NCBI GenBank assembly: GCA_905202125.1
Contig: CAJKQX010000001.1
Span: 19,273-83,272, forward strand
DNA length: 64,000 bases
Origin: an uncultured Prevotella sp.
GTDB lineage: Bacteria; Bacteroidota; Bacteroidia; Bacteroidales; Bacteroidaceae
Reading direction: 5' to 3'
The notes below the pieces were generated by a model. That model searched no databases, was not told the origin of the DNA, and saw only the letters and a program-made list of their open reading frames with translations. The position numbers and the translations under genes were made by a program. Positions 11,873 through 23,881 of the stretch are shown one piece after another; position 1 is the first letter of the stretch; each line of letters starts with the position of its first letter.

Positions 11873-12043
11873 ATTTTGCCTAAATTAGGAAGAATTTTTG
11901 TTAAAATATGTTTACAATCAAGTCATTAGGCGCGATATATTATTGACTATCAGACAGATGTGCAAACCCTCTCAAAACTCGCGTATTTACAAAAAAGAAA
12001 TTCTTCGTGCGAAATGATGCGATTCTCAGAGAGTTTAGGAGAA

Positions 12044-12091
12044 AATTAATGCATAAATATGCAAAACGAATTGCATATTTATGCATTAATT
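12044..12091. promoter_or_regulatory. perfect 21-bp-arm palindrome (candidate operator or structured 3' end)
   Basis: AATTAATGCATAAATATGCAA-AACGAA-TTGCATATTTATGCATTAATT. A single half-site, AATGCATAAACATGCAA, recurs at 11657-11673. It lies 25 nt 3' of the pantothenate-kinase-like gene. Confidence 0.5.
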
Positions 12092-12115
12092 CAGGACCCA
12101 CCGATTTTACGAAAA

Positions 12116-12949
12116 TCAGTGAGACTTGTCGTTGATATAACACAGTGCTGCACCTATGGCCGTACAGAATTCGGAGTACTCGGGTATTCTGAATTTGACG
12201 CCGTAAAGTTTCTCGGTTGCAGGGAATACACGTTTGCATTGCGGCAAAAGCGTGAGATTGCCTATCATCACAAATTCCTTGATTCCACTTCCCAATGAAG
12301 ACAGAATAGATGCGCTGCAAATGGATTGTAACACCATCCATATCAGTCCGAGAGCTATGTCGTCTCGTGTGGCATCACTCTTGGCATTACCAAAAAGCGA
12401 AGCGATGGCGTCCATAGGCAATCCCGGCAACGGATTGGTACTGATGTCGCTTATCAACACATTGATGAGGGATATGTCGCCGTGTTCGGCCATAGATGCA
12501 ACCTGATTGATGTCATCCGTGTTGAGCAACAACCGGGAGAGGCCTTGCAGCGTTCCTCCTCCGATACCGATACCTCCGATATGGTCGATATGGTCGCCGT
12601 CGCACTTGACAATGGATGTACCCGTGCCCATGCTGACCACCATCATACGGTCGATGTTTGATTCATAACGAGCACCCAGACCGTTGGCGATAAACTCCTC
12701 CGCCTTGCCTGTGGGCAAGCCGTAAACAGGTGCATTGATGTAGGCACTACCAACACCGGTGAGCATAACCTTCTCTACGTTCTCCAAGTGTATCTTATTG
12801 TCATATAGATACTTGCCGAATGCTCCATAAAGTGAAGCTACGGGGTCGGTGGCACGGATTCTTATTGGCGAAAGAACCTTACCGTTTTCATTGATACCGA
12901 CAATCTTGGTCGTACTAATTCCAACATCTATTCCAATGACTATTCCCAT
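12116..12949 (-). CDS. type II (CoaW/Fumble-type) pantothenate kinase-like ASKHA ATPase
   Basis: 277 aa starting MGIVIGIDVGISTTK (ASKHA phosphate-1 motif), with GTGTSIV and GGIGIGGGTLQGLSRLL, then MAEHGD..NFG..GAAL. This collinear motif pattern matches staphylococcal CoaW-type PanK. Confidence 0.5.
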   Translation of the reverse strand: MGIVIGIDVGISTTKIVGINENGKVLSPIRIRATDPVASLYGAFGKYLYDNKIHLENVEKVMLTGVGSAYINAPVYGLPTGKAEEFIANGLGARYESNIDRMMVVSMGTGTSIVKCDGDHIDHIGGIGIGGGTLQGLSRLLLNTDDINQVASMAEHGDISLINVLISDISTNPLPGLPMDAIASLFGNAKSDATRDDIALGLIWMVLQSICSASILSSLGSGIKEFVMIGNLTLLPQCKRVFPATEKLYGVKFRIPEYSEFCTAIGAALCYINDKSH

Positions 12950-12955
12950 AATACG

Positions 12956-13636
12956 TTATTGTTTGTTGTCACATTTATAAATAAAATAACTTGCATCGTG
13001 CGCCTCGCAATAATCTTTGAGCATTCTCACAATATTGACAGCTGTCGTACGCACGGCATCCTCGTTGCCGTCATATCCATTGATCAATACCAACAGACGG
13101 CGAGTATGAATATTGATTTTGGTTCGTTCGTTATCACTTGTCGGTGTGCCTACCCCACCGATATTGTCACGATAGACCGGCAGTCGGGCAATATTGAGCA
13201 TGCCCCGACCAATGCCTTCGTAAGGTTCTCCCTCACGCCCGATACCCAATGTGAGCGTATCTCCGGATATCATATCCACATCGAAAGCGCCCAGACTATA
13301 TCCGCTGACCATACTGGCCAAATTGGTAATATCGACAATGGTGTCAACCTGATAGAGATCTTTACCCTGCAATACACGTCGCAACAGAGCCTCTGCTGCC
13401 GGACGGTAGCGCGAAGGGTCCTTGCCGCAAGTCTTGTAGACTCGGCGTGTGGCAAGTATAGCCGGAATATCTTTGAGCGTTTCGGTGGTATACATGTTCT
13501 TGAATTCATCACATCTCACCTTTATCTCGTCCCAAAGAGTTGTCGAATAAGGTGTATTGGTCACCGTTGCCTCAATGCAGGCTCCTACAAACGACTCACA
13601 GACCTGCTCTATTTCATGCGATACTACAATCTTCAT
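12956..13636 (-). CDS. B3/B4 tRNA-binding-domain protein (PheT B3/4-like)
   Basis: 226 aa. The size and motif pattern are consistent with stand-alone B3_4 domain proteins. Confidence 0.45.
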   Translation of the reverse strand: MKIVVSHEIEQVCESFVGACIEATVTNTPYSTTLWDEIKVRCDEFKNMYTTETLKDIPAILATRRVYKTCGKDPSRYRPAAEALLRRVLQGKDLYQVDTIVDITNLASMVSGYSLGAFDVDMISGDTLTLGIGREGEPYEGIGRGMLNIARLPVYRDNIGGVGTPTSDNERTKINIHTRRLLVLINGYDGNEDAVRTTAVNIVRMLKDYCEAHDASYFIYKCDNKQ

Positions 13637-13659
13637 GACGTTACCTTGTGTTAAAACAA

Positions 13660-15696
<2,037 letters not shown>

Positions 15697-16725
15697 TTAT
15701 TTCAGATTACCTCCGTTCAAACCTCTCATTATCACATATATAATGACAGGCGCACCAATAAGAGGGGTCATGGCATTGAGCGGTATGGCCCCACCGTCAT
15801 CCGGCAGGACACATAGCACGTTGCATGTCAAGGCAACAATACTCCCTAATAATATTGTTGTGGGTAGTAAAATCTTGAAATCATCGGTACGCATCATCAA
15901 ACGCGACATGTGAGGCACAGACAGTCCGATGAATGATATCGGTCCGCAAAAGGCGGTGGTGGTGGAAGTAAGCAATCCGGCCATAACAAGAACCACATTG
16001 CGAAGTCGCTTGGTGGCAACACCCAGATTGCGGGCATACCAATCTCCGAGCATGAATATATTGAACTGTTTGACCATCGCCAAAGAAACGACCGAACAGA
16101 CTACCACTATCAAAACAAAGACGGGTATGAGCATCATCGGTACGTTACCAAAATCACCCATACCCCATATTACGTATGACCGCACTCCATCACGAGATGC
16201 AAAAAAATTGAGCATGGTTATGATTGAAGACGTAACGTATCCTAAAATTATACCGATGACGATTAACAAGATGTTGCTTCCGACCTTCAATGAAACCAAG
16301 AAAATGATAAAGGTAACGACCATCGCTCCGGCAAACGCGGCCAAAAGCACCGTTAATGTCTCTGATAGTCCCAGCATGGAGGAGACAGCACTGCCACCGC
16401 CGCAAAGCATTACCAAAGCCACTCCCAATCCGGCGCCCCCGCTGATGCCGAAAACAGAAGGGTCGGCAAGAGGGTTGCGAAATACCGTCTGCAACAACAA
16501 TCCACACAAAGACAAGGCTCCTCCACACAGCAATGCGGCCATAGCTTTGGGCAAACGTGACTCCATGATGATGTATCTCCATCCGGACTTTGTATCATGA
16601 CCACCTGTCATGATATCGAAAATATCACGAAGAGGGATGTCAACAGCACCAATGACAATATTAAGCATAAAGAGCAATGCTACGCATAATATCAAAGCAA
16701 AACATGTGCGCGTGAAAACACTCAT
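15697..16725 (-). CDS. FecCD-family ABC permease (iron-siderophore/B12 type)
   Basis: 342 aa, about 9 TM segments, with BtuC/FecCD-family conserved segments including GLSVPHM and GAPVIIYVI. Confidence 0.8.
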   Translation of the reverse strand: MSVFTRTCFALILCVALLFMLNIVIGAVDIPLRDIFDIMTGGHDTKSGWRYIIMESRLPKAMAALLCGGALSLCGLLLQTVFRNPLADPSVFGISGGAGLGVALVMLCGGGSAVSSMLGLSETLTVLLAAFAGAMVVTFIIFLVSLKVGSNILLIVIGIILGYVTSSIITMLNFFASRDGVRSYVIWGMGDFGNVPMMLIPVFVLIVVVCSVVSLAMVKQFNIFMLGDWYARNLGVATKRLRNVVLVMAGLLTSTTTAFCGPISFIGLSVPHMSRLMMRTDDFKILLPTTILLGSIVALTCNVLCVLPDDGGAIPLNAMTPLIGAPVIIYVIMRGLNGGNLK

Positions 16726-16813
16726 CGGAATATTATTGCATAACTATTAAAACTCTTTGTCTGAAAATAGAATTCGAATACTTTTGGAAGAGTACTGCAT
16801 TATGATCTGAAAA

Positions 16814-17701
16814 TCAAATCTTCATTTCCTTCAGGATGGCTGTAATCTTCTGCAACGTTGTCAAACGTGTAGGAACGAGAGGCAAACGCAACACATTCTC
16901 GATAAAGCCCATCTCGTGAAGCAATGCTTTCACTCCGGCCGGATTGCCATCAACAAAGAGCAGGGAATACAACTCGGTGAAACCGTGGTGTATCCTACGC
17001 GCAGGTTCGTATTCGCCTCGGAACTCATAGCGTATCATACGGGAAAACTCTTTAGGCAAGGCGTTGCCAATGACAGATATGACTCCGGCCGCACCACTGG
17101 CAACCATTGAGAATGTGAGGGCGTCATCACCGCTGAGCACATCGAAATCCGAAGGTTTGTTCTTTATTATCTCATCTACCTGCTCAAGGCTTCCGGCTGC
17201 CTCCTTGATGGCGACAATATTGTCACAATCACGTGCGAGACGTACCGTGGTCTCGGGCTTCATATTGATTCCGGTTCGACCGGGGACATTATAAAGGACA
17301 ACAGGCAACGGACTGGCCTCGGCTATGGCTTTGAAATGACGATAAAGTCCTTCCTGAGACGGTTTGTTATAAAATGGGCAAACACTCAATATGCCATCTA
17401 TTCCACTCAAATCGATTTCCTTCAATTCTGCCACCACGGCCGCAGTATTGTTTCCACCACAGCCCATGAGAAGCGGGACACGTCCATTGTTGACATCTAC
17501 AATGAGCTCCTTAATAGCCTGTTTTTCTTCTTTGGAAAGACAGGGTGCCTCACTCGTAGTAGCCAGAATACACAAAAAGTCGGCTCCATTCTGAATCTGA
17601 TACTCTACAAGTCGTTTCAAATGACTGAAATCGACATCACCGTTGCTTGTAAAAGGTGTTATTAGAGCCACACCCATGCCTTTGAAGATATTACGTGCCA
17701 T
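16814..17701 (-). CDS. dapA: 4-hydroxy-tetrahydrodipicolinate synthase
   Basis: The ORF is open from 17737, but the DapA-like N-terminus MARNIFKGMGVALITPF begins at 17701. The class I aldolase lysine region is present (YNVPGRTG). Confidence 0.85.
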   Translation of the reverse strand: MARNIFKGMGVALITPFTSNGDVDFSHLKRLVEYQIQNGADFLCILATTSEAPCLSKEEKQAIKELIVDVNNGRVPLLMGCGGNNTAAVVAELKEIDLSGIDGILSVCPFYNKPSQEGLYRHFKAIAEASPLPVVLYNVPGRTGINMKPETTVRLARDCDNIVAIKEAAGSLEQVDEIIKNKPSDFDVLSGDDALTFSMVASGAAGVISVIGNALPKEFSRMIRYEFRGEYEPARRIHHGFTELYSLLFVDGNPAGVKALLHEMGFIENVLRLPLVPTRLTTLQKITAILKEMKI

Positions 17702-17918
17702 ATATGTTTTTACAATATAGTTTCTGCTTGTCTGCAAAGTTAATATATAAAAATGAAAAAGTGAAATTAGATTTTACAAAAAAACACTAATTAGTTTCGA
17801 TATTCATACATAATGACAAACAAAAAGTAATATTTTATAAAAACATATCAAATTCGACGAGAATTGCAAATCAAATGCATTCCTCGTAATCCGAAATTCA
17901 ATTTTGTCGGACTCAAGT

Positions 17919-18893
17919 CTAACTTATGCTGCCAAAATAAAGGAACAACATACTGATAATGACAAGGATGAGATCGATGGTCTTGTTTTTCAGATTCTTC
18001 TCATGGAAAACCATTGCCCCGAATATGAAACTGACAACAACACTACCTCGCCGTACCATCGACACGACGGAAATCATGGCATCGGGCAGACTGAGTGAAT
18101 AAAAATAAACAAAATCGGCCATTGTGAGAAACAAACTGATGAATATGATACTCCAACGCCATTGAAAACGCTTTCCCGTCTGTCTGCGTGACGGATACCA
18201 CATAATCATTAGCATCACACCCATCATCACACACTGGTAAAGATTGTACCAACTTTGCACAACCATGCGGCTCAGGCCTATTCCTCCAGCCAAAACAGAC
18301 GCCATGAGATACTTGTCGTACAATCCGCTGACAGCCCCAAACAATGCGGCGATTATGAGAAAATATATCCAACAATTATGACGGAAATCGTAACCCTCCT
18401 TCTTGCTGCTTTTATTCAATAATACAAACGAGACAATCGCGATAAGCACACCTATCCATTGATAAATATTGAGTTTCTCACCAAAGACAATCATCGCACC
18501 GATAAGAACCAGCACAGGACGTGTGGCATTGACAGGTCCGACAATCGTGATGGGAAGATTTTTCATAGCGAAATATCCGAAGAGCCATGAAAGCAACACA
18601 ATAATGCTTTTTAATAAAATATATTTGTGGCAAGACCAATCACAAACACTGACATATAATATGGTGTTGTCCAACCAATCGGTTTGCCATGACAACAATA
18701 TCAACGGAAGAAACAACAACGAGCATATCAAGGTGTTGAGAAACAAAACCGGAAGAACTGCATTGTCGACAAGAGCCTTTTTCTTGAATACATCATAAAA
18801 ACCGAGCAACGCTGCCGAAAGAAACGCCATTAAGAGCCACATGTGCAATATTATATTAAAAGCGATTGAACAATTTTGAATAATAATTATCAA
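17919..18893 (-). CDS. EamA/DMT-family transporter
   Basis: 10-TM protein with two EamA-like halves. The start may be the internal Met at 18842. The ATG at 18893 overlaps the truA stop by 4 nt. Confidence 0.55.
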   Translation of the reverse strand: MIIIIQNCSIAFNIILHMWLLMAFLSAALLGFYDVFKKKALVDNAVLPVLFLNTLICSLLFLPLILLSWQTDWLDNTILYVSVCDWSCHKYILLKSIIVLLSWLFGYFAMKNLPITIVGPVNATRPVLVLIGAMIVFGEKLNIYQWIGVLIAIVSFVLLNKSSKKEGYDFRHNCWIYFLIIAALFGAVSGLYDKYLMASVLAGGIGLSRMVVQSWYNLYQCVMMGVMLMIMWYPSRRQTGKRFQWRWSIIFISLFLTMADFVYFYSLSLPDAMISVVSMVRRGSVVVSFIFGAMVFHEKNLKNKTIDLILVIISMLFLYFGSIS

Positions 18894-19624
18894 TAATCCA
18901 CATTCTCTAAAAAGAGGGCATTGCCAGGCATACTCTCACCTGCAGCGCATCGATTGCGACCTGCAACAATATCATCAAATTCAGAGATGGTTATGCGATG
19001 ACGCCCCACTTCAATCAATGTACCGACAACAGCTCTTACCATATTTCTCAGAAACCGGTTTGCAGATATACGAAAATGCCAATTATACGGTCCGTCACAA
19101 ATCCAACGAGCCTCCGTGACGTGGCACAATGTGGTCTTTGCATCCGAATGACTTTTGCAGAAAGCTCCGAAATCATCAACTGCGAGAAGATGGCTTGCAG
19201 CTTCGTTCATGGCATCAAAATCAAGACTGTAATGTATTTGACATGAGTAAAAACGTTGAAATGGGTCTTTGCGAGTGTGGATGTAATAATGATATGTGCG
19301 CGAACAAGCACTGAAACGCGCATGTTGGTCATTATCCACAGGATAAATATCATAGACGGCAATGTCTTTCGGCAACAAGCGGTTGAGCTTATAAACGAGT
19401 TGCGGACAATCGACGATTTCCGAATGGTCGAAATGCGCTACCATCCGTCTTGCATGCACACCGGTGTCCGTACGGCCCGCACCCACGATGCCAATTTCAC
19501 ACCGGAGTATTGTTGACAATGCTTTCTGCAGTTCACCCTGTACCGAAATGCCGTTGGGCTGGATTTGCCAACCATGATACGACGTACCATCAAAACTCAA
19601 AAGAATAAAATAACGAAACATCAA
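18890..19624 (-). CDS. truA: tRNA pseudouridine(38-40) synthase
   Basis: 244 aa. FDGTSYHGWQIQPNG ... GAGRTDTGVHA catalytic Asp motif. Confidence 0.9.
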   Translation of the reverse strand: MMFRYFILLSFDGTSYHGWQIQPNGISVQGELQKALSTILRCEIGIVGAGRTDTGVHARRMVAHFDHSEIVDCPQLVYKLNRLLPKDIAVYDIYPVDNDQHARFSACSRTYHYYIHTRKDPFQRFYSCQIHYSLDFDAMNEAASHLLAVDDFGAFCKSHSDAKTTLCHVTEARWICDGPYNWHFRISANRFLRNMVRAVVGTLIEVGRHRITISEFDDIVAGRNRCAAGESMPGNALFLENVDY

Positions 19625-20055
19625 TTTCTTCTATCCTTTTTTGCAACACGTTTGAAAATCTGTCGATGGAATTTATCTTCCGAACGAATTATACGCAACA
19701 CTTTGGATGCAGGTAATATCTTTAAAAATTTTTCATGATACTCTTTTTGCATCTTCTTCACGTCCAAATCACGCTTGTCACGAAGTCTGATAGCCTCAGC
19801 ACACGCATTATCATCATCGATGTCGACATAACGATTGTGACGCTCATCGGCCATAAACATAAACTGTTTGCGTCTCATCTCGCGATAAAGTGGGAATATA
19901 CGTGACGCTTCCTGCGGAGTGAGACAAGCATCGATGGTAATGAATTGTTCGAGTTCAGCCTCAAATTGTTGCGGATTAAACCCTTTTTTCTTCTGAGCAT
20001 CAGCACTGATGAAACAAAAGAAAGATATGAATAAAATAAATAATTTTCTCAACAT
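19621..20055 (-). CDS. periplasmic LTXXQ-motif (Spy/CpxP-like) protein
   Basis: 144 aa. Signal peptide, LTPQE motif, helical charged repeats. Last gene of an ECF sigma operon. Confidence 0.35.
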   Translation of the reverse strand: MLRKLFILFISFFCFISADAQKKKGFNPQQFEAELEQFITIDACLTPQEASRIFPLYREMRRKQFMFMADERHNRYVDIDDDNACAEAIRLRDKRDLDVKKMQKEYHEKFLKILPASKVLRIIRSEDKFHRQIFKRVAKKDRRN

Positions 20056-20060
20056 ATAAT

Positions 20061-20423
20061 TTAATAATCTGACATCATCGCATAAATATCATTGTTGTCC
20101 ATCATCAAATAGTCCGCCACATCGTCAACGGAACTGTAAGACGTACTGCCGCAGATTGAATTGCTGCAAAACTGCTCTTCTGTGGAAGATTGTATACAGA
20201 ATCGGGTGATAACTCCGGTAACAAGCACACATACGCATGCTGCAATTGCGACTGCGTATCTGTATCTTCGCCAAAATGATTGTGGCGGAACAATGACACT
20301 TGCTTCCGCATCCGGCAATGCTTCCATCACACGCAACGGGAGATTTTCAAAATAGCCGTCAGGCACTTTGAAAGGACTTTTACGCCCAAATTTTTCCAAC
20401 AGGAATTTATCTTCTGAGTCCAT
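20061..20423 (-). CDS. putative anti-sigma factor (single-pass membrane protein)
   Basis: 120 aa. One TM segment (YAVAIAACVCVLVTGVI). Immediately downstream of the ECF sigma gene. Confidence 0.35.
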   Translation of the reverse strand: MDSEDKFLLEKFGRKSPFKVPDGYFENLPLRVMEALPDAEASVIVPPQSFWRRYRYAVAIAACVCVLVTGVITRFCIQSSTEEQFCSNSICGSTSYSSVDDVADYLMMDNNDIYAMMSDY

Positions 20424-20467
20424 ATATTCTTTATTTAATATATTTGACGTAAAATAATAGCAAAGGT

Positions 20468-21001
20468 TTAATCATAATTCTTCAAATATGCAGTAATTTT
20501 CTTTACTGCTATATGATAACTTGCTTTGAGTGCACCTTCGCTTGTATCAAGAAGTTTGCTCATATCTGAATATTTCATTTCTTCGTAGTATCTCAGATTG
20601 AATACGACGCGCTGTACATCAGGGAGTGTCGCAATAGCCTGCTGCAACAGGGCTGCCATCCTGTCACCATCAAAATATTCATCAGCCACAAGATGGTCTG
20701 CCAGTTCATAGTCGTGGTCTGTATTGACAGACAAAGAGATCTTTTGTTTTCTTATGAAATCCAACGACTCATTTATAGCAATGCGATAAAGCCATGTTGA
20801 AATTTTGGAATCATTACGAAATTCGTGAATATTGTTCCAGGCTTTTACAAAAACATTCTGTAATACATCGTTAGCATCTTCATGGCACAAAACAATATGA
20901 CGTATCTTCCAATACAGTGGTTCACTATATTGTTTCACAATGTCCGAGAATTTTTCTCTTGACATCTCACAGTTCATATTATTTGATTTGTGCGCACTCA
21001 T
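20468..21001 (-). CDS. ECF-type RNA polymerase sigma-70 factor
   Basis: 177 aa. Region 2 (ISTWLYRIAINESLDFIRK) and region 4 HTH. Confidence 0.85.
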   Translation of the reverse strand: MSAHKSNNMNCEMSREKFSDIVKQYSEPLYWKIRHIVLCHEDANDVLQNVFVKAWNNIHEFRNDSKISTWLYRIAINESLDFIRKQKISLSVNTDHDYELADHLVADEYFDGDRMAALLQQAIATLPDVQRVVFNLRYYEEMKYSDMSKLLDTSEGALKASYHIAVKKITAYLKNYD

Positions 21002-22563
21002 TACATAAACCGCGACAAGTGATCATATATCACAGGGTCGTAACCGTAAATATCTCCGTAATCACGCATAGCCCCATTCTTATCGGGATAAAGCGTGTAA
21101 TACGTGATAAAAACCGGAACGACAGACTCCAGTTTCAAATGTTTTATATATCGTTTTTTATCGAGTTTCGGTTTTTCGGCATCTTTATTTTTGTCAGAGA
21201 CAAACACATCTTTGTTAGAATATTGCTCCATCGTGTACTTAATCTTTTCGACTGTGTCCTCATCTTTATCGGAAAGCAGGAACAAAGCCAAGTCCAAGGG
21301 CTTTTCAACACGGATACACCCGTGAGAGACACAACGATTAGACCGGGAAAAGACATTACGGTTAGATGTGTCGTGCAAATAAATAGAGAAATTATTATCA
21401 AATCGGAAAATAACGCTACCCAAAGAATTGCCGGCCCCACCTTGTTGCAAAACCAAGATATCAGGATTCTTCAACATGTCATGAGTGAGGTCGGAAACAT
21501 CGATTGTTTCGCCCGTTTTCCGATTGAGTACATAATAATTGTTTCTTTTGAAATAATCGATATCGCCCACATGGCGGGATATATCAGTCCTTAGGATACT
21601 ACGGGGTATTATCCATTTGGGGTTGAAATCCAAACGTTTTATCTGACTTGTAAGCAACGGGGTTTTTGTTGCTGTCGCTCCACATCCGATGCGCATAGAC
21701 AATACGTCGTCTCCATCATAAGCCTCAAGGCTCTGTGAAGCGACATTCACCCATACATATTTCTTGTAAAGAAACGGATAATCGTTCAAATGCCAACGAC
21801 AACGTTCCATATTGATAAGGACTTTCTTTCTGGCGGCACGTGACAATGGCCTTTGCAAATATAAGGCAAATGTGCCATAAATCTTATTCGTGGGATACGA
21901 CTCACGCATAAATACAATCGTGCTATCATTGCGTATCTTGTCTATCACCGAAGAATAGAAACGGCGTCCGGGATGTTGCATGGCAATATCAAACAACCGA
22001 TGGTAATTGACGTGTATCGTATCATTCTTGTCAACATCGAGACGATTGAGGACATGTGCCGGATTAACAAAACCATAGCGCAAACCAGCGCAATATAGTG
22101 AATAAGCCTTTGTAAGATTATATTCAAGGCGTGCCAATACATTATTTATATTATTGTCCTTTTCGTCAAAATCAAGTTTGCGCAATCTCGACAAATCTTG
22201 TTTGATACGGTAATAACGAAATCTCTCAGGATTTAATCCTATTTCATTCGCACGCTCAATATATTTAAGCACACTATCTGCCTTGGAAGAGACTCCGGCA
22301 CGTGTAATCCATAAGTACGGATTATTATTGAGATAATATTTTTTGAAATAAATTTCAGATGAAAAAGTATTGGTATCAGCCGATACCAATTGGCTTATTA
22401 TTTTACGGACTTTTTCAGTCTGGATCATGTAATCATCAATTCGTAATTCGCTAAACGAGTCGATTGTCAACACAACAACACGTTTCTTTTCCCGGCAAGA
22501 AAACATGGTTATTGCCACAAAAAGAAAAATCACTATGTATCGAAATAGTTTCAAATGAATCAA
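21001..22563 (-). CDS. L,D-transpeptidase family protein (YkuD domain, YcbB-like)
   Basis: 520 aa. Signal peptide. Catalytic SHGCIRV motif near the C-terminus. The stop overlaps the ECF sigma start. Confidence 0.7.
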   Translation of the reverse strand: MIHLKLFRYIVIFLFVAITMFSCREKKRVVVLTIDSFSELRIDDYMIQTEKVRKIISQLVSADTNTFSSEIYFKKYYLNNNPYLWITRAGVSSKADSVLKYIERANEIGLNPERFRYYRIKQDLSRLRKLDFDEKDNNINNVLARLEYNLTKAYSLYCAGLRYGFVNPAHVLNRLDVDKNDTIHVNYHRLFDIAMQHPGRRFYSSVIDKIRNDSTIVFMRESYPTNKIYGTFALYLQRPLSRAARKKVLINMERCRWHLNDYPFLYKKYVWVNVASQSLEAYDGDDVLSMRIGCGATATKTPLLTSQIKRLDFNPKWIIPRSILRTDISRHVGDIDYFKRNNYYVLNRKTGETIDVSDLTHDMLKNPDILVLQQGGAGNSLGSVIFRFDNNFSIYLHDTSNRNVFSRSNRCVSHGCIRVEKPLDLALFLLSDKDEDTVEKIKYTMEQYSNKDVFVSDKNKDAEKPKLDKKRYIKHLKLESVVPVFITYYTLYPDKNGAMRDYGDIYGYDPVIYDHLSRFM

Positions 22564-22868
22564 CTGATTGATATCTTACGAACCAGTTTTCCGACTTTCA
22601 AGATATAACAACCTTTTGGTAAATCCAAATCATACTGTCTGTCAGGACCGTCCACCTTGATGGTCTTGATGCGCACACCTGTAACATTATACACAGACAG
22701 TGTCATTCCGGTTGCGCCCGAAACTCTGACGGTAGACTTTATTACTGTGACAGAGATATTTGGAATATCTGTTTCTATCATGTCTATGAGCGGAGATGAC
22801 ATTGCTGAAACAGGATTTCCAACCGTAATGAATAATATGAGTAATATTGAAAGTATAGATTTCATCAT
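22560..22868 (-). CDS. small secreted protein with T9SS C-terminal sorting-domain-like tail
   Basis: 102 aa. Signal peptide. C-terminal beta-strand pattern (KGCYILKVGKLVRKISIS). Confidence 0.35.
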   Translation of the reverse strand: MMKSILSILLILFITVGNPVSAMSSPLIDMIETDIPNISVTVIKSTVRVSGATGMTLSVYNVTGVRIKTIKVDGPDRQYDLDLPKGCYILKVGKLVRKISIS

Positions 22869-22958
22869 AAATTCCCAATTTTACTGCAAATATAATCTTT
22901 TTCAATGAGAAACGGAACCAAAGTTCTAAATTGCCACAAAACAATTAAACATATTTAA

Positions 22959-23873
22959 CTATACGTCCACAATAATTCCCTCATCACTCAAAATGGTATT
23001 CGGAAATATTTGTTTCGCTTCCGACAACAATTCCGATTCTATGCCATAACGAGTGCTATAATGCCCCAAAACGAGTTTTCCGACTCCCGCATCCGATGCC
23101 ACTGTTGCTGCTTGAGGAGCCGTACTGTGATAATATTTTCTCGCCATATCCTCATCGGAGCTTAAATATGTTGACTCGTGATAAAGAACATCTACATTCT
23201 TAATCCGTTCAGACAAATCGTGAATATATCTGGTATCACTGCAATAAGCATAACTACGGGGAGGATCTGCCGGTTTGGTGAGTCTGTGATTCGGTATCAT
23301 ATTGCCCTCGCCATCAACCCAATCGGCTCCGTTTTTGATATTATCAAATTGTGACACCGGAATGTTATAAAAGTCGGCCATATCTCGCTGTATATGAGGG
23401 AGCAGCGGTTTTTCCTTGAAGAGGAATCCGCAACACGGCACCCTATGAGATAACGGTATTGACTCAACCGTCAAACTTCTGTCTTCATATATCACAGCCT
23501 GATGCTCTGTGTTTACATCATGACATATCACCTCGTACTCAAGTCCATGACAGAAAAATTCAATCTGCATATCCAAAATACGCCTGAATCCGGCCGGCGC
23601 ATATATATGCAATGGCGCTATTCGTCCGAGCATACCGAAAGTAGAAATCATACCGATAAGTCCGAAACAATGATCTCCATGTAGATGGGATATGAAAACG
23701 GCACTGATTTTGGTGAATTTCAATTTCGAACGACGCAATTGCACCTGCGTACCTTCACCACAATCAACCATAAAATATTTGCCTCTGATCTCAACTACTT
23801 GTGAGGAGGAATTATGTCGCAATGTGGGAAGGGCGCTGCCACAACCAAGAATATGTACTCTGAAGGGTTCCAT
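22959..23873 (-). CDS. rnz: ribonuclease Z (tRNA 3' endonuclease, MBL fold)
   Basis: 304 aa. HxHxDH motif (SHLHGDHCFGL). Typical short-form RNase Z length. Confidence 0.88.
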   Translation of the reverse strand: MEPFRVHILGCGSALPTLRHNSSSQVVEIRGKYFMVDCGEGTQVQLRRSKLKFTKISAVFISHLHGDHCFGLIGMISTFGMLGRIAPLHIYAPAGFRRILDMQIEFFCHGLEYEVICHDVNTEHQAVIYEDRSLTVESIPLSHRVPCCGFLFKEKPLLPHIQRDMADFYNIPVSQFDNIKNGADWVDGEGNMIPNHRLTKPADPPRSYAYCSDTRYIHDLSERIKNVDVLYHESTYLSSDEDMARKYYHSTAPQAATVASDAGVGKLVLGHYSTRYGIESELLSEAKQIFPNTILSDEGIIVDV

Positions 23874-23881
23874 GACTGAAT

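Noticed and set aside
11414-12341. Small ORFs (61-133 aa) in repeat island 1
   Set aside because: They fall on repeat and palindrome sequence. I see no coding periodicity and they are not conserved between repeat copies.
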